From contig JAYZBB010000046.1 of assembly GCA_036339415.1 (NCBI GenBank), positions 2,937 to 66,936 on the forward strand: DNA of 64,000 nucleotides, written 5' to 3'. The stretch is from Bacteroidota bacterium (lineage in GTDB: Bacteria > Bacteroidota > Bacteroidia > Flavobacteriales_D > Sanyastnellaceae). Below the pieces are notes generated by a model. It searched no databases and had not been told where the DNA came from. It saw only the letters and a program-made list of their open reading frames with translations. Below, piece after piece: positions 18,477 to 26,503 of the stretch. The position numbers and the translations under genes are program-made. The stretch's first letter is position 1. The number at the start of each line of letters is the position of its first letter.

Positions 18477-20590
18477 GAGAGTCTGAGTTGGATGGTGGTG
18501 AGTTCGGTTTGAAGGGGTGTGCCTGGGGCGATGGACTGGGACTTGACTGTGCCCATGCCTTGGTAATCCACGTTCAACCCCGCATTTTCTAAGAGATACA
18601 AGGCGTCACGAAGCCCCATTCCTCGCACGTCAGGCACCTTGGATTCCTGGACATCCAGTGGGTGGAGTTTGGCTTTGACATCCCCAGTTTCAACAGAAAC
18701 CCAATCGGTGGACAGGCCTTGTGAGTGCTGGATTCCCAAAGTGGCGTAGAGCGTCTCGAGGGATTTTCGATTGCCATCCTTGGATGCAGGCAGAGATTGC
18801 GTCTCCGCAAGCGGACCTCGACTCAGGGTGTGGAAAGCGGGGTCAGTGGCGTAGATGAGGTCGGCCACCTCGCGGAACACAGGGGCGGCAATGGTGCTGC
18901 CGTAGTAGCTTCCGCTCTTCGTGTCTGCAATGACGACGACGCAAGAATACTTGGGGTTGTTGGCGGGGAAATATCCTGCAAACGAGGCCCGGTAGCGCCC
19001 CTGTTCGTAGCCGTTGCCCGTGGCGATCCTGGCGGTTCCTGTTTTGCCAGCCACGGTGTAGGGTTTGTCTGCAAACAAACGCTTGGCAGTGCCCTCTCCC
19101 TTGGGGTCGCATACCGCTTCCATCATGTTTTTGCATGCCGCAAGGGTCGCAGCATTGCACACCCGAGGGTTCAGCACAAATGGCTCGTAAGTCTTCACGA
19201 CGTCGCTCCCTTGTTGCAGAGATGTCACCAATTGCGGGCGCATCATGCGTCCATTGTTGGCCACCGCATTGTAAAGGGCCAATGTTTGCAGTGGGGTCTG
19301 GGTCAATTCGTATCCGATGGCCATTTGGGTCAAGCTGAGCCCTGTCCATCCGCGTTCGTCCACAGAGGTTTTGACTTTGGGCGTGGCTTCACCCACATAG
19401 CGAAGGCCGGTTTTGTCCGTCACTCCGATGGCTTTCAATCGATCGAGGAAAGCTTGAGGTTGTTCTCCAAAGGTTTCTTTCACAGCCAATGCAGAACCAA
19501 CATTTGAGCTGACTTCGAACACCTTTTCGAGAGGAATGGAACCATGACCGCCGTCTTTGTGGTTGCTGTCCCGCATGCGTTTGCCATGGAAATAGATTTG
19601 TCCGTCCCCTGTGTCGACGGAGTCCGTGGGTGCCATGCCCTCCTCCATGCAAGCCATCAGGGTTGCGAGCTTGAACGTTGATCCGGGTTCAACGGCCGTT
19701 CCAATGGCGTGGTTGAAATCTTCCCAGTATTCGACGGAGTTCTCGCCCACTTCGTGTCGGGTGAGGTTGGCGATGGCTTTGATGAAGCCAGTGGATACCT
19801 CGGACACGATGACCGTGCCCCACGCGGCGTTGTGCCTTTTGAGTTGTTGTTCCAGGGCATTCGTAGCGACGTCTTGCAAATGCAGGTCGAGGCTGGTCAC
19901 AACATCCAGCCCTTCCTCAGGGTCCACCAAAAACTCATCGGTGACGGGCATCCATTGATTGCCTGCAACTTTCCTTGAAAGTTGCTGACCTTCCACGCCT
20001 GCGAGCTCCGCGTTCCATGCGCGTTCCAGGCCCACCCGTTGGTGTTCGCGGTCGATGCCTACGGTGCGTGCAGCGAGTTTTCCAAACGGCCTTTTTCGGT
20101 TTTCCTTGCGCTCGAAGACCAACCCGCTCTTGTACCTGCCCAACTTGACAAATGGGAGGTCTCGCAACGACTGAAAGGCTGTGAATGGAATGTTTCGCGC
20201 GATCAATGTGCCACGATGTCCGCGGTCAATGGCCTTGTCAAACTTGGCCTTGAGGGTGGATGGCTGTTTGTTCAAAGCCAGCCCCAATTCGTGGCATAGC
20301 GAGTCGACGTACACGTCGTACAGGTCCCAACGCATGCCCTCGCATTTGGCATCCCAACGCAAGTCGTACACAGGAACGCTGGTGGCGAGCAGGCTGCCAT
20401 CGTCTGCCAAAATTTGGCCGCGCGCAGGTGCGATGGTGCGCACGCTTGCCGAGAAGTCTTCTCCGCGGCTGGCCCACTGCTCGTGCTCGACCGTTTGGAT
20501 CATTAGGATTCGACCAAACACACCAAGGCCTACAAGGGCAAGTCCCACGAAAACCAACCAAATGCGTCCGGTATTTGGCATGGCATTCAT
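18473..20590 (-). CDS. ftsI: Penicillin-binding protein (FtsI-type transpeptidase) with a C-terminal PASTA domain
   Basis: N-terminal membrane anchor, the active-site motifs STFK (EPGSTFKLAT), SSN (EVSSNVG) and KTGT (GKTGTAR), and a terminal VPDVRGMGLRDALYLLENAGLNV...PGTPL PASTA-like module. Confidence 0.93.
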   Translation of the reverse strand: MNAMPNTGRIWLVFVGLALVGLGVFGRILMIQTVEHEQWASRGEDFSASVRTIAPARGQILADDGSLLATSVPVYDLRWDAKCEGMRWDLYDVYVDSLCHELGLALNKQPSTLKAKFDKAIDRGHRGTLIARNIPFTAFQSLRDLPFVKLGRYKSGLVFERKENRKRPFGKLAARTVGIDREHQRVGLERAWNAELAGVEGQQLSRKVAGNQWMPVTDEFLVDPEEGLDVVTSLDLHLQDVATNALEQQLKRHNAAWGTVIVSEVSTGFIKAIANLTRHEVGENSVEYWEDFNHAIGTAVEPGSTFKLATLMACMEEGMAPTDSVDTGDGQIYFHGKRMRDSNHKDGGHGSIPLEKVFEVSSNVGSALAVKETFGEQPQAFLDRLKAIGVTDKTGLRYVGEATPKVKTSVDERGWTGLSLTQMAIGYELTQTPLQTLALYNAVANNGRMMRPQLVTSLQQGSDVVKTYEPFVLNPRVCNAATLAACKNMMEAVCDPKGEGTAKRLFADKPYTVAGKTGTARIATGNGYEQGRYRASFAGYFPANNPKYSCVVVIADTKSGSYYGSTIAAPVFREVADLIYATDPAFHTLSRGPLAETQSLPASKDGNRKSLETLYATLGIQHSQGLSTDWVSVETGDVKAKLHPLDVQESKVPDVRGMGLRDALYLLENAGLNVDYQGMGTVKSQSIAPGTPLQTELTTIQLRLS

Positions 20591-21147
20591 TCGTCGGTGG
20601 AAAGAAGGATGGGTGGCGCAGTGGGCTGCTCCAATCCCATGTCGGCTGTAGAGCGAGCCAATCGGCTTTGTTGCAGTTGGGATTCGAGGTCGGATCGAAG
20701 GGTCTTTTCCTCGGCAGTGGCTTCTTCAAGGCGTTCGAGGGTCTGTTGCTTTTCACGAAGGATTCGTTCGGTTTGGTAGCCCAATGCCAAATACAGGATG
20801 GTCAGGAAGCTTGCGAAGAGCAAAAACGGAACCTGTCGAACCAAGGCTTCTCGGGCCAGGATTTCTCCACTCAACACCTCGCGAAGGAGCCCGCCAATTT
20901 GGTTGTCACGGCGTCGTTCCTTTCGTTGTTTCTTCTTTTGCCGTTGTTCTTCTCGGAAAGATTCAGAGCTCCTCAACCGATTGGGGTTGTTGGCTGCGGC
21001 CTCCTTGGCGGCTTTGGCTTTGTCGGCGGCGGCTTGTGCTTCCCGCTTCGCCTCGCGTGCCGCCAGCTCTGCCGGTGACAAGGTGCGGTTGCCATCTGGG
21101 GTCTCCAATGATGTTGTGGAGCGCTTGAGAAACCCAAACCAATTCAT
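20587..21147 (-). CDS. ftsL: FtsL-like cell division protein with a long charged N-terminal extension
   Basis: Single transmembrane segment (VPFLLFASFLTILYLALGY) followed by a coiled-coil-like region, located between rsmH and ftsI. The ATG at 21147 overlaps the rsmH stop (ATGA); the listed 21156 start is a TTG. Confidence 0.7.
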   Translation of the reverse strand: MNWFGFLKRSTTSLETPDGNRTLSPAELAAREAKREAQAAADKAKAAKEAAANNPNRLRSSESFREEQRQKKKQRKERRRDNQIGGLLREVLSGEILAREALVRQVPFLLFASFLTILYLALGYQTERILREKQQTLERLEEATAEEKTLRSDLESQLQQSRLARSTADMGLEQPTAPPILLSTDE

Positions 21148-22076
21148 GGTGTCCAATCGGTTCGTTCCGCCACACGAAGGCGCGCGCTCCGGGCACGAGG
21201 GTTGTCTTTGGTTTCTGCGTCTTCGGCCACAATGGCCTTGCGAACCAACGGGTGAAATGGTGCTTGGATTCGGCCCTTCATGTCCCGCTGGATGTCATCG
21301 TCGAAATTTCCTGACCGCATGAAGTGCTTCACGAGTCTGTCCTCAAGACTGTGGTAGCTGATCACAGCGAGACGACCCCCAGGTTGAAGCATGCCTACGG
21401 CAAGGGTGAGCAAATCTTCCAGTGCACCCAATTCGTCGTTGATGTGGATGCGGATTGCTTGAAAAATTTTGGCGTAGAATTTGTTTTCCTTTCCGCGAGG
21501 TGCCGACGGGGAAATTGCGCGAATCAAGTCGTGGGTGGTTTTCAAGGGAGCCTCTTCTCGCGCCGCGGCAATGCGATGGGCCAACTTGTCGGGACGATTC
21601 AACTCGCCATAACGACGCAGAACTTGCGTCATTTCTGAAATCTCGGCCTGCGCGAGCCATGCGCTCGCAGGTTCGCCCGCTGATGGATTCATCCGCATGT
21701 CCAATGGGCCGTCGTGTCGGAGCGAAAATCCACGCTCGGCAACGTCGAATTGGTGTGAGCTTACCCCCAAGTCGGCAAGCAGCCCATTCAATGGCAGTCC
21801 TTGGTGGGCGCGAAGGAATTGAGGTGCAAACCGAAAGTTGGCCGCAACCAGCGTGAACCGTTGGTCGTCCAGCGCATTTGCCGCCGCCGCGGGGTCCTGG
21901 TCGAATCCAAACAAACGCGCATCAGCTCCCAGCTTTGCCAGGATGGCTTTGCTGTGTCCTCCACCACCAAACGTCGCGTCCATCCAATTCCCATTCCGTG
22001 CCCCGCCGTCGCCGTCGAGGTTGAGTGCCTCAATCGAGGCATTCAGCATGACGGGGACGTGGTAAGGCGTGCTCAT
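21144..22076 (-). CDS. rsmH: 16S rRNA (cytosine1402-N4)-methyltransferase
   Basis: YHVPVML...DATFGGGGHS...LADLGVSSHQFD...ISYHSLEDR signatures. The gene is second in the dcw cluster. Confidence 0.96.
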   Translation of the reverse strand: MSTPYHVPVMLNASIEALNLDGDGGARNGNWMDATFGGGGHSKAILAKLGADARLFGFDQDPAAAANALDDQRFTLVAANFRFAPQFLRAHQGLPLNGLLADLGVSSHQFDVAERGFSLRHDGPLDMRMNPSAGEPASAWLAQAEISEMTQVLRRYGELNRPDKLAHRIAAAREEAPLKTTHDLIRAISPSAPRGKENKFYAKIFQAIRIHINDELGALEDLLTLAVGMLQPGGRLAVISYHSLEDRLVKHFMRSGNFDDDIQRDMKGRIQAPFHPLVRKAIVAEDAETKDNPRARSARLRVAERTDWTP

Positions 22077-22558
22077 TCCGCGTCGTTGCCGTCTAGGTCA
22101 TTGCGCACGTCTTCTGCCAAGTCTCCAAAGTCGAGGTTGTCCTCGTCTTGGATGACTTGTTTGTTGTACGCATCCTGGTTCCAGATTTCGACTTTCTCAC
22201 CCAGTCCGGAGACGATCACTTCATTGGCATCCTTGGGGTTGATGCCAGCGTATGCAAGCAGGGCGGAGGGCAGGTTGATCCTGCCGGACCCGTCCAAGTC
22301 CACGTGGGTGGCGCCCTTCATGAATTTTCGTTGAAACAGCTGGTGCTTCCGGTTGTACCGACTCAATCGCGCCATCTCAGCATTCACCTTGTCCCATTCA
22401 GGTTTGGGGTACAGCACCAAGCAACCCTCGAAAATGTCACGGTTCACCACGAGGCCATGGTGGATGACCCCTTCCAATTGCTTCCGCAGTTTGGCAGGGA
22501 ACATCAAACGGCCTTTGGCGTCGATGCGACAGGGGTGTTCTCCGAGCAGGTTGAGCAT
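22073..22558 (-). CDS. mraZ: Transcriptional regulator MraZ
   Basis: Two SpoVT/AbrB-like halves, each with a DxxGR motif (IDAKGRLMFP and LDGSGRINLP). The start was trimmed to ATG 22558 (MLNLLGEH), because the listed extension translates the upstream operator repeats. Confidence 0.9.
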   Translation of the reverse strand: MLNLLGEHPCRIDAKGRLMFPAKLRKQLEGVIHHGLVVNRDIFEGCLVLYPKPEWDKVNAEMARLSRYNRKHQLFQRKFMKGATHVDLDGSGRINLPSALLAYAGINPKDANEVIVSGLGEKVEIWNQDAYNKQVIQDEDNLDFGDLAEDVRNDLDGNDAE

Positions 22559-22592
22559 GGGTGCGTTTTCGCCAACCCAAAAGTACGCGTGA

Positions 22593-22633
22593 TTTCCCAC
22601 TTTCTCCCACTCGTTGACACTTTCTCCCACTTT
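22593..22633 (-). promoter_or_regulatory. Candidate MraZ operator: four direct GTG(G/T) boxes with exact 10-bp phasing
   Basis: The minus strand reads CAAAGTGGGAG-AAAGTGTCAAC-GAGTGGGAG-AAAGTGGGAAATC. The GTG triplets begin at 22630, 22620, 22610 and 22600, which is 38-72 nt upstream of the mraZ ATG. Confidence 0.6.
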
Positions 22634-22816
22634 GTGGATAAAGTTTGGCGATTCGTCAGGCAAATCCTGAGTGTTGACGCGGTGAATTGAGTGGTGGGAA
22701 GAAGTGGGTGATTTTCACAATCAACACGTTATTCACATGGGATGTGAACAACCGTACGTGGATGCAGGCTTGCACGCACATGTGGAGAGTCGAAAAGCGG
22801 ATGCATTTTTGACCTC

Positions 22817-23581
22817 ATGGAATCGACCATTCTTGAACGCGGTCCCTACCGCTACGTGGAAGAGGGGCAAGGCACGCCGTTGGTGCTGCTGCATGGACTG
22901 TTTGGGGCGCTCAGCAACTTTCAAGAGGTGCGCGCGCATTTCAGCAAGCGCTTCCGTGTCATCACCCCCATGCTCCCCATTTACGAGCTGCCCATGCTCG
23001 AGACCAATGCAAAGAATTTGGCCAAGCACATCGCAGGCTTCCTGGATGAACTTGGTTTGGATCAAGTCCATTTGTTGGGCAACAGCCTCGGAGGGCATGT
23101 CGGTTTGATCTACACCAGAGACCACCTCGACCGGGTGGCTTCACTGACCCTGACTGCGAGCAGCGGCCTCTACGAGAATGCCTTTGGGTCAAGCTTTCCC
23201 CGCCGAGAGGACAAAACCTACATCAAGGAGAAGGTCGCGGTCACCTTCCACGACCCAAAGCATGCCACACCGGAATTGGTGGACGAGTGTTTCGAAGCGG
23301 TCAACGACCGCAACAAAGTGCTGCGCATTTTGAGCATTGCCAAGTCGGCGATTCGCCACAACATGGCCAAGGACCTGCCTTCGATGGATGTGCCGGTTTG
23401 CTTGATTTGGGGCAAAAACGACATCATCACACCTCCGGAGGTCGCCGAAGAATTCCTCGCCGGTTTCCCGGATGCGGATTTGCATTGGATTGACGCGTGT
23501 GGCCATGCGCCAATGATGGAGCATCCCGACACGTTCAATCAAATCTTGAGCGACTGGTACGCCCGCCGCGGCATTTCCTGA
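22817..23581 (+). CDS. Alpha/beta hydrolase fold protein
   Basis: LVLLHGLFG oxyanion region, GNSLGG nucleophile elbow, and a C-terminal CGHAPMMEHP histidine motif. Confidence 0.85.
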   Translation: MESTILERGPYRYVEEGQGTPLVLLHGLFGALSNFQEVRAHFSKRFRVITPMLPIYELPMLETNAKNLAKHIAGFLDELGLDQVHLLGNSLGGHVGLIYTRDHLDRVASLTLTASSGLYENAFGSSFPRREDKTYIKEKVAVTFHDPKHATPELVDECFEAVNDRNKVLRILSIAKSAIRHNMAKDLPSMDVPVCLIWGKNDIITPPEVAEEFLAGFPDADLHWIDACGHAPMMEHPDTFNQILSDWYARRGIS

Positions 23582-23585
23582 TTCC

Positions 23586-24212
23586 ATGTCAGTCAAGCGC
23601 GAAGATTCTTGGGAACTGCGAGAAGCGTCTTTTGTGAAGAGCAGCGCCCAGCCATCGGAGTGCCCCAAACCTGACCGCCCGGAGTATGCCTTCATCGGTC
23701 GTTCCAATGTGGGAAAGAGCTCTTTGCTCAACATGTTGGTGGGGCGAAACAGCTTGGCCAAAACGTCGAGCACGCCTGGCAAAACCCAACTGATCAATCA
23801 CTTCGACATCGATGGAACGTGGTACCTCGTGGATTTGCCAGGGTTTGGGTATGCCAAGGTCAGCAAGAAAGACCGCGCCAAGTGGATGAAGGTCACCGAG
23901 CAATACCTCGACACCCGGACCAATTTGATGTGCGTGATGATGTTGGTCGACGCGCGCATCCCCGCCCAAAAGGTGGACCTCGAATTCATGGCGTGGATGG
24001 GGAGTGTTGGGTTGCCTTTTGTTTTGGTGTTCACCAAGGTGGACAAACTCAACAAAGCCGAGCGCGCAGCCTTCTTGCCGGCTTACGAAGCAGTCATGCT
24101 GAAACAGTGGCACAAAATGCCGCCGGTGTTCGTGACAAGCAGCACCACGTCAGAAGGGCGAGAAGACGTGCTGAGGTTCGTGGCTTCCACCAACGGGTTG
24201 TACCAAGGGTAG
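23586..24212 (+). CDS. engB: Ribosome biogenesis GTP-binding protein YihA/YsxC (EngB)
   Basis: EYAFIGRSNVGKSSLLNML G1 motif, LVDLPGFGYA G3 motif, and TKVDK G4 motif. Confidence 0.93.
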   Translation: MSVKREDSWELREASFVKSSAQPSECPKPDRPEYAFIGRSNVGKSSLLNMLVGRNSLAKTSSTPGKTQLINHFDIDGTWYLVDLPGFGYAKVSKKDRAKWMKVTEQYLDTRTNLMCVMMLVDARIPAQKVDLEFMAWMGSVGLPFVLVFTKVDKLNKAERAAFLPAYEAVMLKQWHKMPPVFVTSSTTSEGREDVLRFVASTNGLYQG

Positions 24213-24216
24213 GAGT

Positions 24217-24549
24217 TCAGGGTTCGAGGACCCCGATTCGCTTCGCGAGCTCTTCTGTGAATCCACGAAGGGCGTTCGCGTGGTCTTTGTCGGACGTGGC
24301 GCGCTCGTAGGTGTCCGCAAGGGTCATGATGGTTTGGACCATGAACGACCGCATTTCTTCGACACTCATGTCTTTGGTCCAAAGGTCCATCCGCATGGCG
24401 GCGTGCTCTTGGGCATTCCACATCGAAAGGGCCATTGCTGACGCTTGCTGCTGTTCGATGCCGCCATCCTCGGCAGTCCACTCCATGGACACGGGAACTT
24501 GATTGTCGTCTGTGGTGACGTCGATGGTGATGCGAGAGGTGGTGGGCAT
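24217..24549 (-). CDS. gldC: Gliding motility protein GldC
   Basis: 110-aa protein with the GldC-type pattern (VPVSMEWTAEDGG...MRMDLWTKDMSVEEM...ADTYERAT), located immediately downstream of a gldB-like lipoprotein gene. Confidence 0.85.
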   Translation of the reverse strand: MPTTSRITIDVTTDDNQVPVSMEWTAEDGGIEQQQASAMALSMWNAQEHAAMRMDLWTKDMSVEEMRSFMVQTIMTLADTYERATSDKDHANALRGFTEELAKRIGVLEP

Positions 24550-24564
24550 GGCGCGAAAGTACGT

Positions 24565-25617
24565 TCAGGGTCGGTAGGCACGCAAAATGGCTTGGGAATC
24601 ACTCCATTCGAGGATGTCTTGGTCGGACCACTCTGGATGGGCAGCGACGGCAGCTTGCATCGCACGCCAGCCGAGGAAAATGCCAAGGCGATCGGGACTG
24701 TCTTGGGGAATGTTGCCGACCCGGGTGAATGGGCCCTCTTGGAACCAGCGCATGACCTCACGAGGCTGTTTGGAAAACATGCGTTCTTGTGGTTGCATCT
24801 CAGCCCAGGTTGCCCGTTCGTGTGCCACGGCCCAGTTCCACTCTTCTTGAGTCCAGTTCATCAATTCGGAAGGGGAAGCTTCGGGCATGCACCGGGAAAG
24901 AATGTGCATCACCTTGCCCCAAAAGAGCCAAAGATCCACAGTTCTGGGAGCGGGCGGGATTCGCTGTTGGTTGGAGACGACAATCCAACCTTGGAGGGCA
25001 TCCAAAGCCATGCGGTCAGGGTGCATCCGAGCAAGGCGATAGGCTGGGAATCGGCTCGGAGGCAATTCGGCATGAATGGGATGCCCTTTTCCCAAAAACC
25101 AGTCCAAACCAATGCACAACTGGTCTTCCGTTGGATACACTGCAAAATTGAAGCCAGAAGGCATCCAAACCACATTGGGAATGGGGCTGTCAACCAACAT
25201 CACCTGCATGCGCTTCAGTCCATCGCGAAGGCGCTGGGATTCCCGGAGCAGGATTTCAGGGCGGCCTGATGTGGTGTCAATGGCCTCGAGCATGGGACGC
25301 ATGTCGCTCAAAAATTGCCCAAGCACCTTCATGGTGCTCGAGTCTTCAGCCGGACCGAGTTGAAGGATGTTTTCGCACCAACGTGTCCAGAATGCAGAAT
25401 CGGCGTTTTGGAGATGAGTCAGTTGTTTGGCCCGGTTGTTGTCAGAAGGAAGGGTGTTCAAGACTTCCATCCAATGGGTTTCTCGAAACGATTTGGGGAG
25501 TGTGACGCCGTCCACATCGATGACAGGCTGTGGTTTGCAGCAACCTTCGAACAGAACCAGCGCGACAACCCACATCAGAGCGTGGAACAAGTTGCAAAGG
25601 GCATTGGACGAAGGCAT
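24565..25617 (-). CDS. gldB: Gliding motility lipoprotein GldB (probable)
   Basis: Lipoprotein signal peptide with a lipobox-like VLFEGC, a size of ~350 aa, and the conserved gldB-gldC adjacency. The call rests mostly on context and length; I cannot confirm the family by alignment. Confidence 0.65.
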   Translation of the reverse strand: MPSSNALCNLFHALMWVVALVLFEGCCKPQPVIDVDGVTLPKSFRETHWMEVLNTLPSDNNRAKQLTHLQNADSAFWTRWCENILQLGPAEDSSTMKVLGQFLSDMRPMLEAIDTTSGRPEILLRESQRLRDGLKRMQVMLVDSPIPNVVWMPSGFNFAVYPTEDQLCIGLDWFLGKGHPIHAELPPSRFPAYRLARMHPDRMALDALQGWIVVSNQQRIPPAPRTVDLWLFWGKVMHILSRCMPEASPSELMNWTQEEWNWAVAHERATWAEMQPQERMFSKQPREVMRWFQEGPFTRVGNIPQDSPDRLGIFLGWRAMQAAVAAHPEWSDQDILEWSDSQAILRAYRP

Positions 25618-25660
25618 GAACGTAACAGTAGTTTTGATGCACTCTTAAACGACGACAAAG

Positions 25661-26446
25661 ATGAACAACGTCCGCTTCAATTGCACGTCCTTGATCATGT
25701 GGACTCTTGCCATGGGGTTCACGTGGGGCGCCCTCAATGAATCACATGCTCAGCATCGAAGCTATCGGATGGGAATGTCCATTGACCCCAATGTGGCATG
25801 GATGGTGTCAAGGGATTACGACCATGTCGCAGAGGGTGCACGTGCGCATTTTGGATGGCAGTTCATGGCAGACATTTTGTTCACCGAGACTTACGCCATC
25901 GGCACGGGGGTTCATGTTTTCAGGACTGGCAGCAGTGTCGAGTACTGGGAGGCTTCTTCGGACTCCACCATCAGCCGCGTGTCTCGCAATTTCAACAATC
26001 AATATGTCGAACTGCCCTTGACCTTCAAGATGAGGACCAAAGAAATCGGCTACACCACTTATTTTGGAAGGTTTGGAGCTGGCTTGGGGTTGAACACCCG
26101 TCGTGAGGCTGAGGAAGACCGATACTTTGCTTTTGTGAAGGAGAATGAGGATTGGGTCGAATTGGACAGGCCCGCGCCCAACCCTGAGTTGATTTCGGGC
26201 AATTTTGCCTCGTTGTTCCGCGGGTCACTGATTGTGGGGCTGGGGCTCGAGAGGGTCCTTGCTGGCAACACGGCATTGATGGTGGGCCTCACCTACAACA
26301 CGAGTTTGTTCTCCACTCACGAAGGTCAACAGTTGATTCAAACAGACCAAAACGGACAACCCCGCTTTGAGGACAAAGTCCCAATTTCGACGCCGATGGA
26401 GGGACACGACAGTTTCATGTCTTTGACGTTGGGTGTCGTGTTCTAA
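25661..26446 (+). CDS. Outer-membrane beta-barrel (porin-family) protein
   Basis: Signal peptide ending ...ESHAQ, alternating beta-strand pattern throughout, and a C-terminal LTLGVVF with terminal Phe, typical of outer-membrane proteins. Confidence 0.65.
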   Translation: MNNVRFNCTSLIMWTLAMGFTWGALNESHAQHRSYRMGMSIDPNVAWMVSRDYDHVAEGARAHFGWQFMADILFTETYAIGTGVHVFRTGSSVEYWEASSDSTISRVSRNFNNQYVELPLTFKMRTKEIGYTTYFGRFGAGLGLNTRREAEEDRYFAFVKENEDWVELDRPAPNPELISGNFASLFRGSLIVGLGLERVLAGNTALMVGLTYNTSLFSTHEGQQLIQTDQNGQPRFEDKVPISTPMEGHDSFMSLTLGVVF

Positions 26447-26503
26447 GCCATTGAAAAGCCTGCATGTCAGTGGAGTGTTGCAACTTGCGCGCAGAACAAC
26501 CTG

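Noticed and set aside
24106-24121. Other TGGCAC occurrences (24106, 35036, 36099, 50811, 55910, 59494) as sigma-54 promoters
   Set aside because: All lie inside coding regions. All but the one near 55910 also lack a GC dinucleotide at the required GG-N10-GC spacing.
24445-25269. 274-aa plus-strand ORF antisense to gldC/gldB
   Set aside because: It is a shadow frame. The minus-strand genes have a lipoprotein signal, GldC motifs and conserved synteny.
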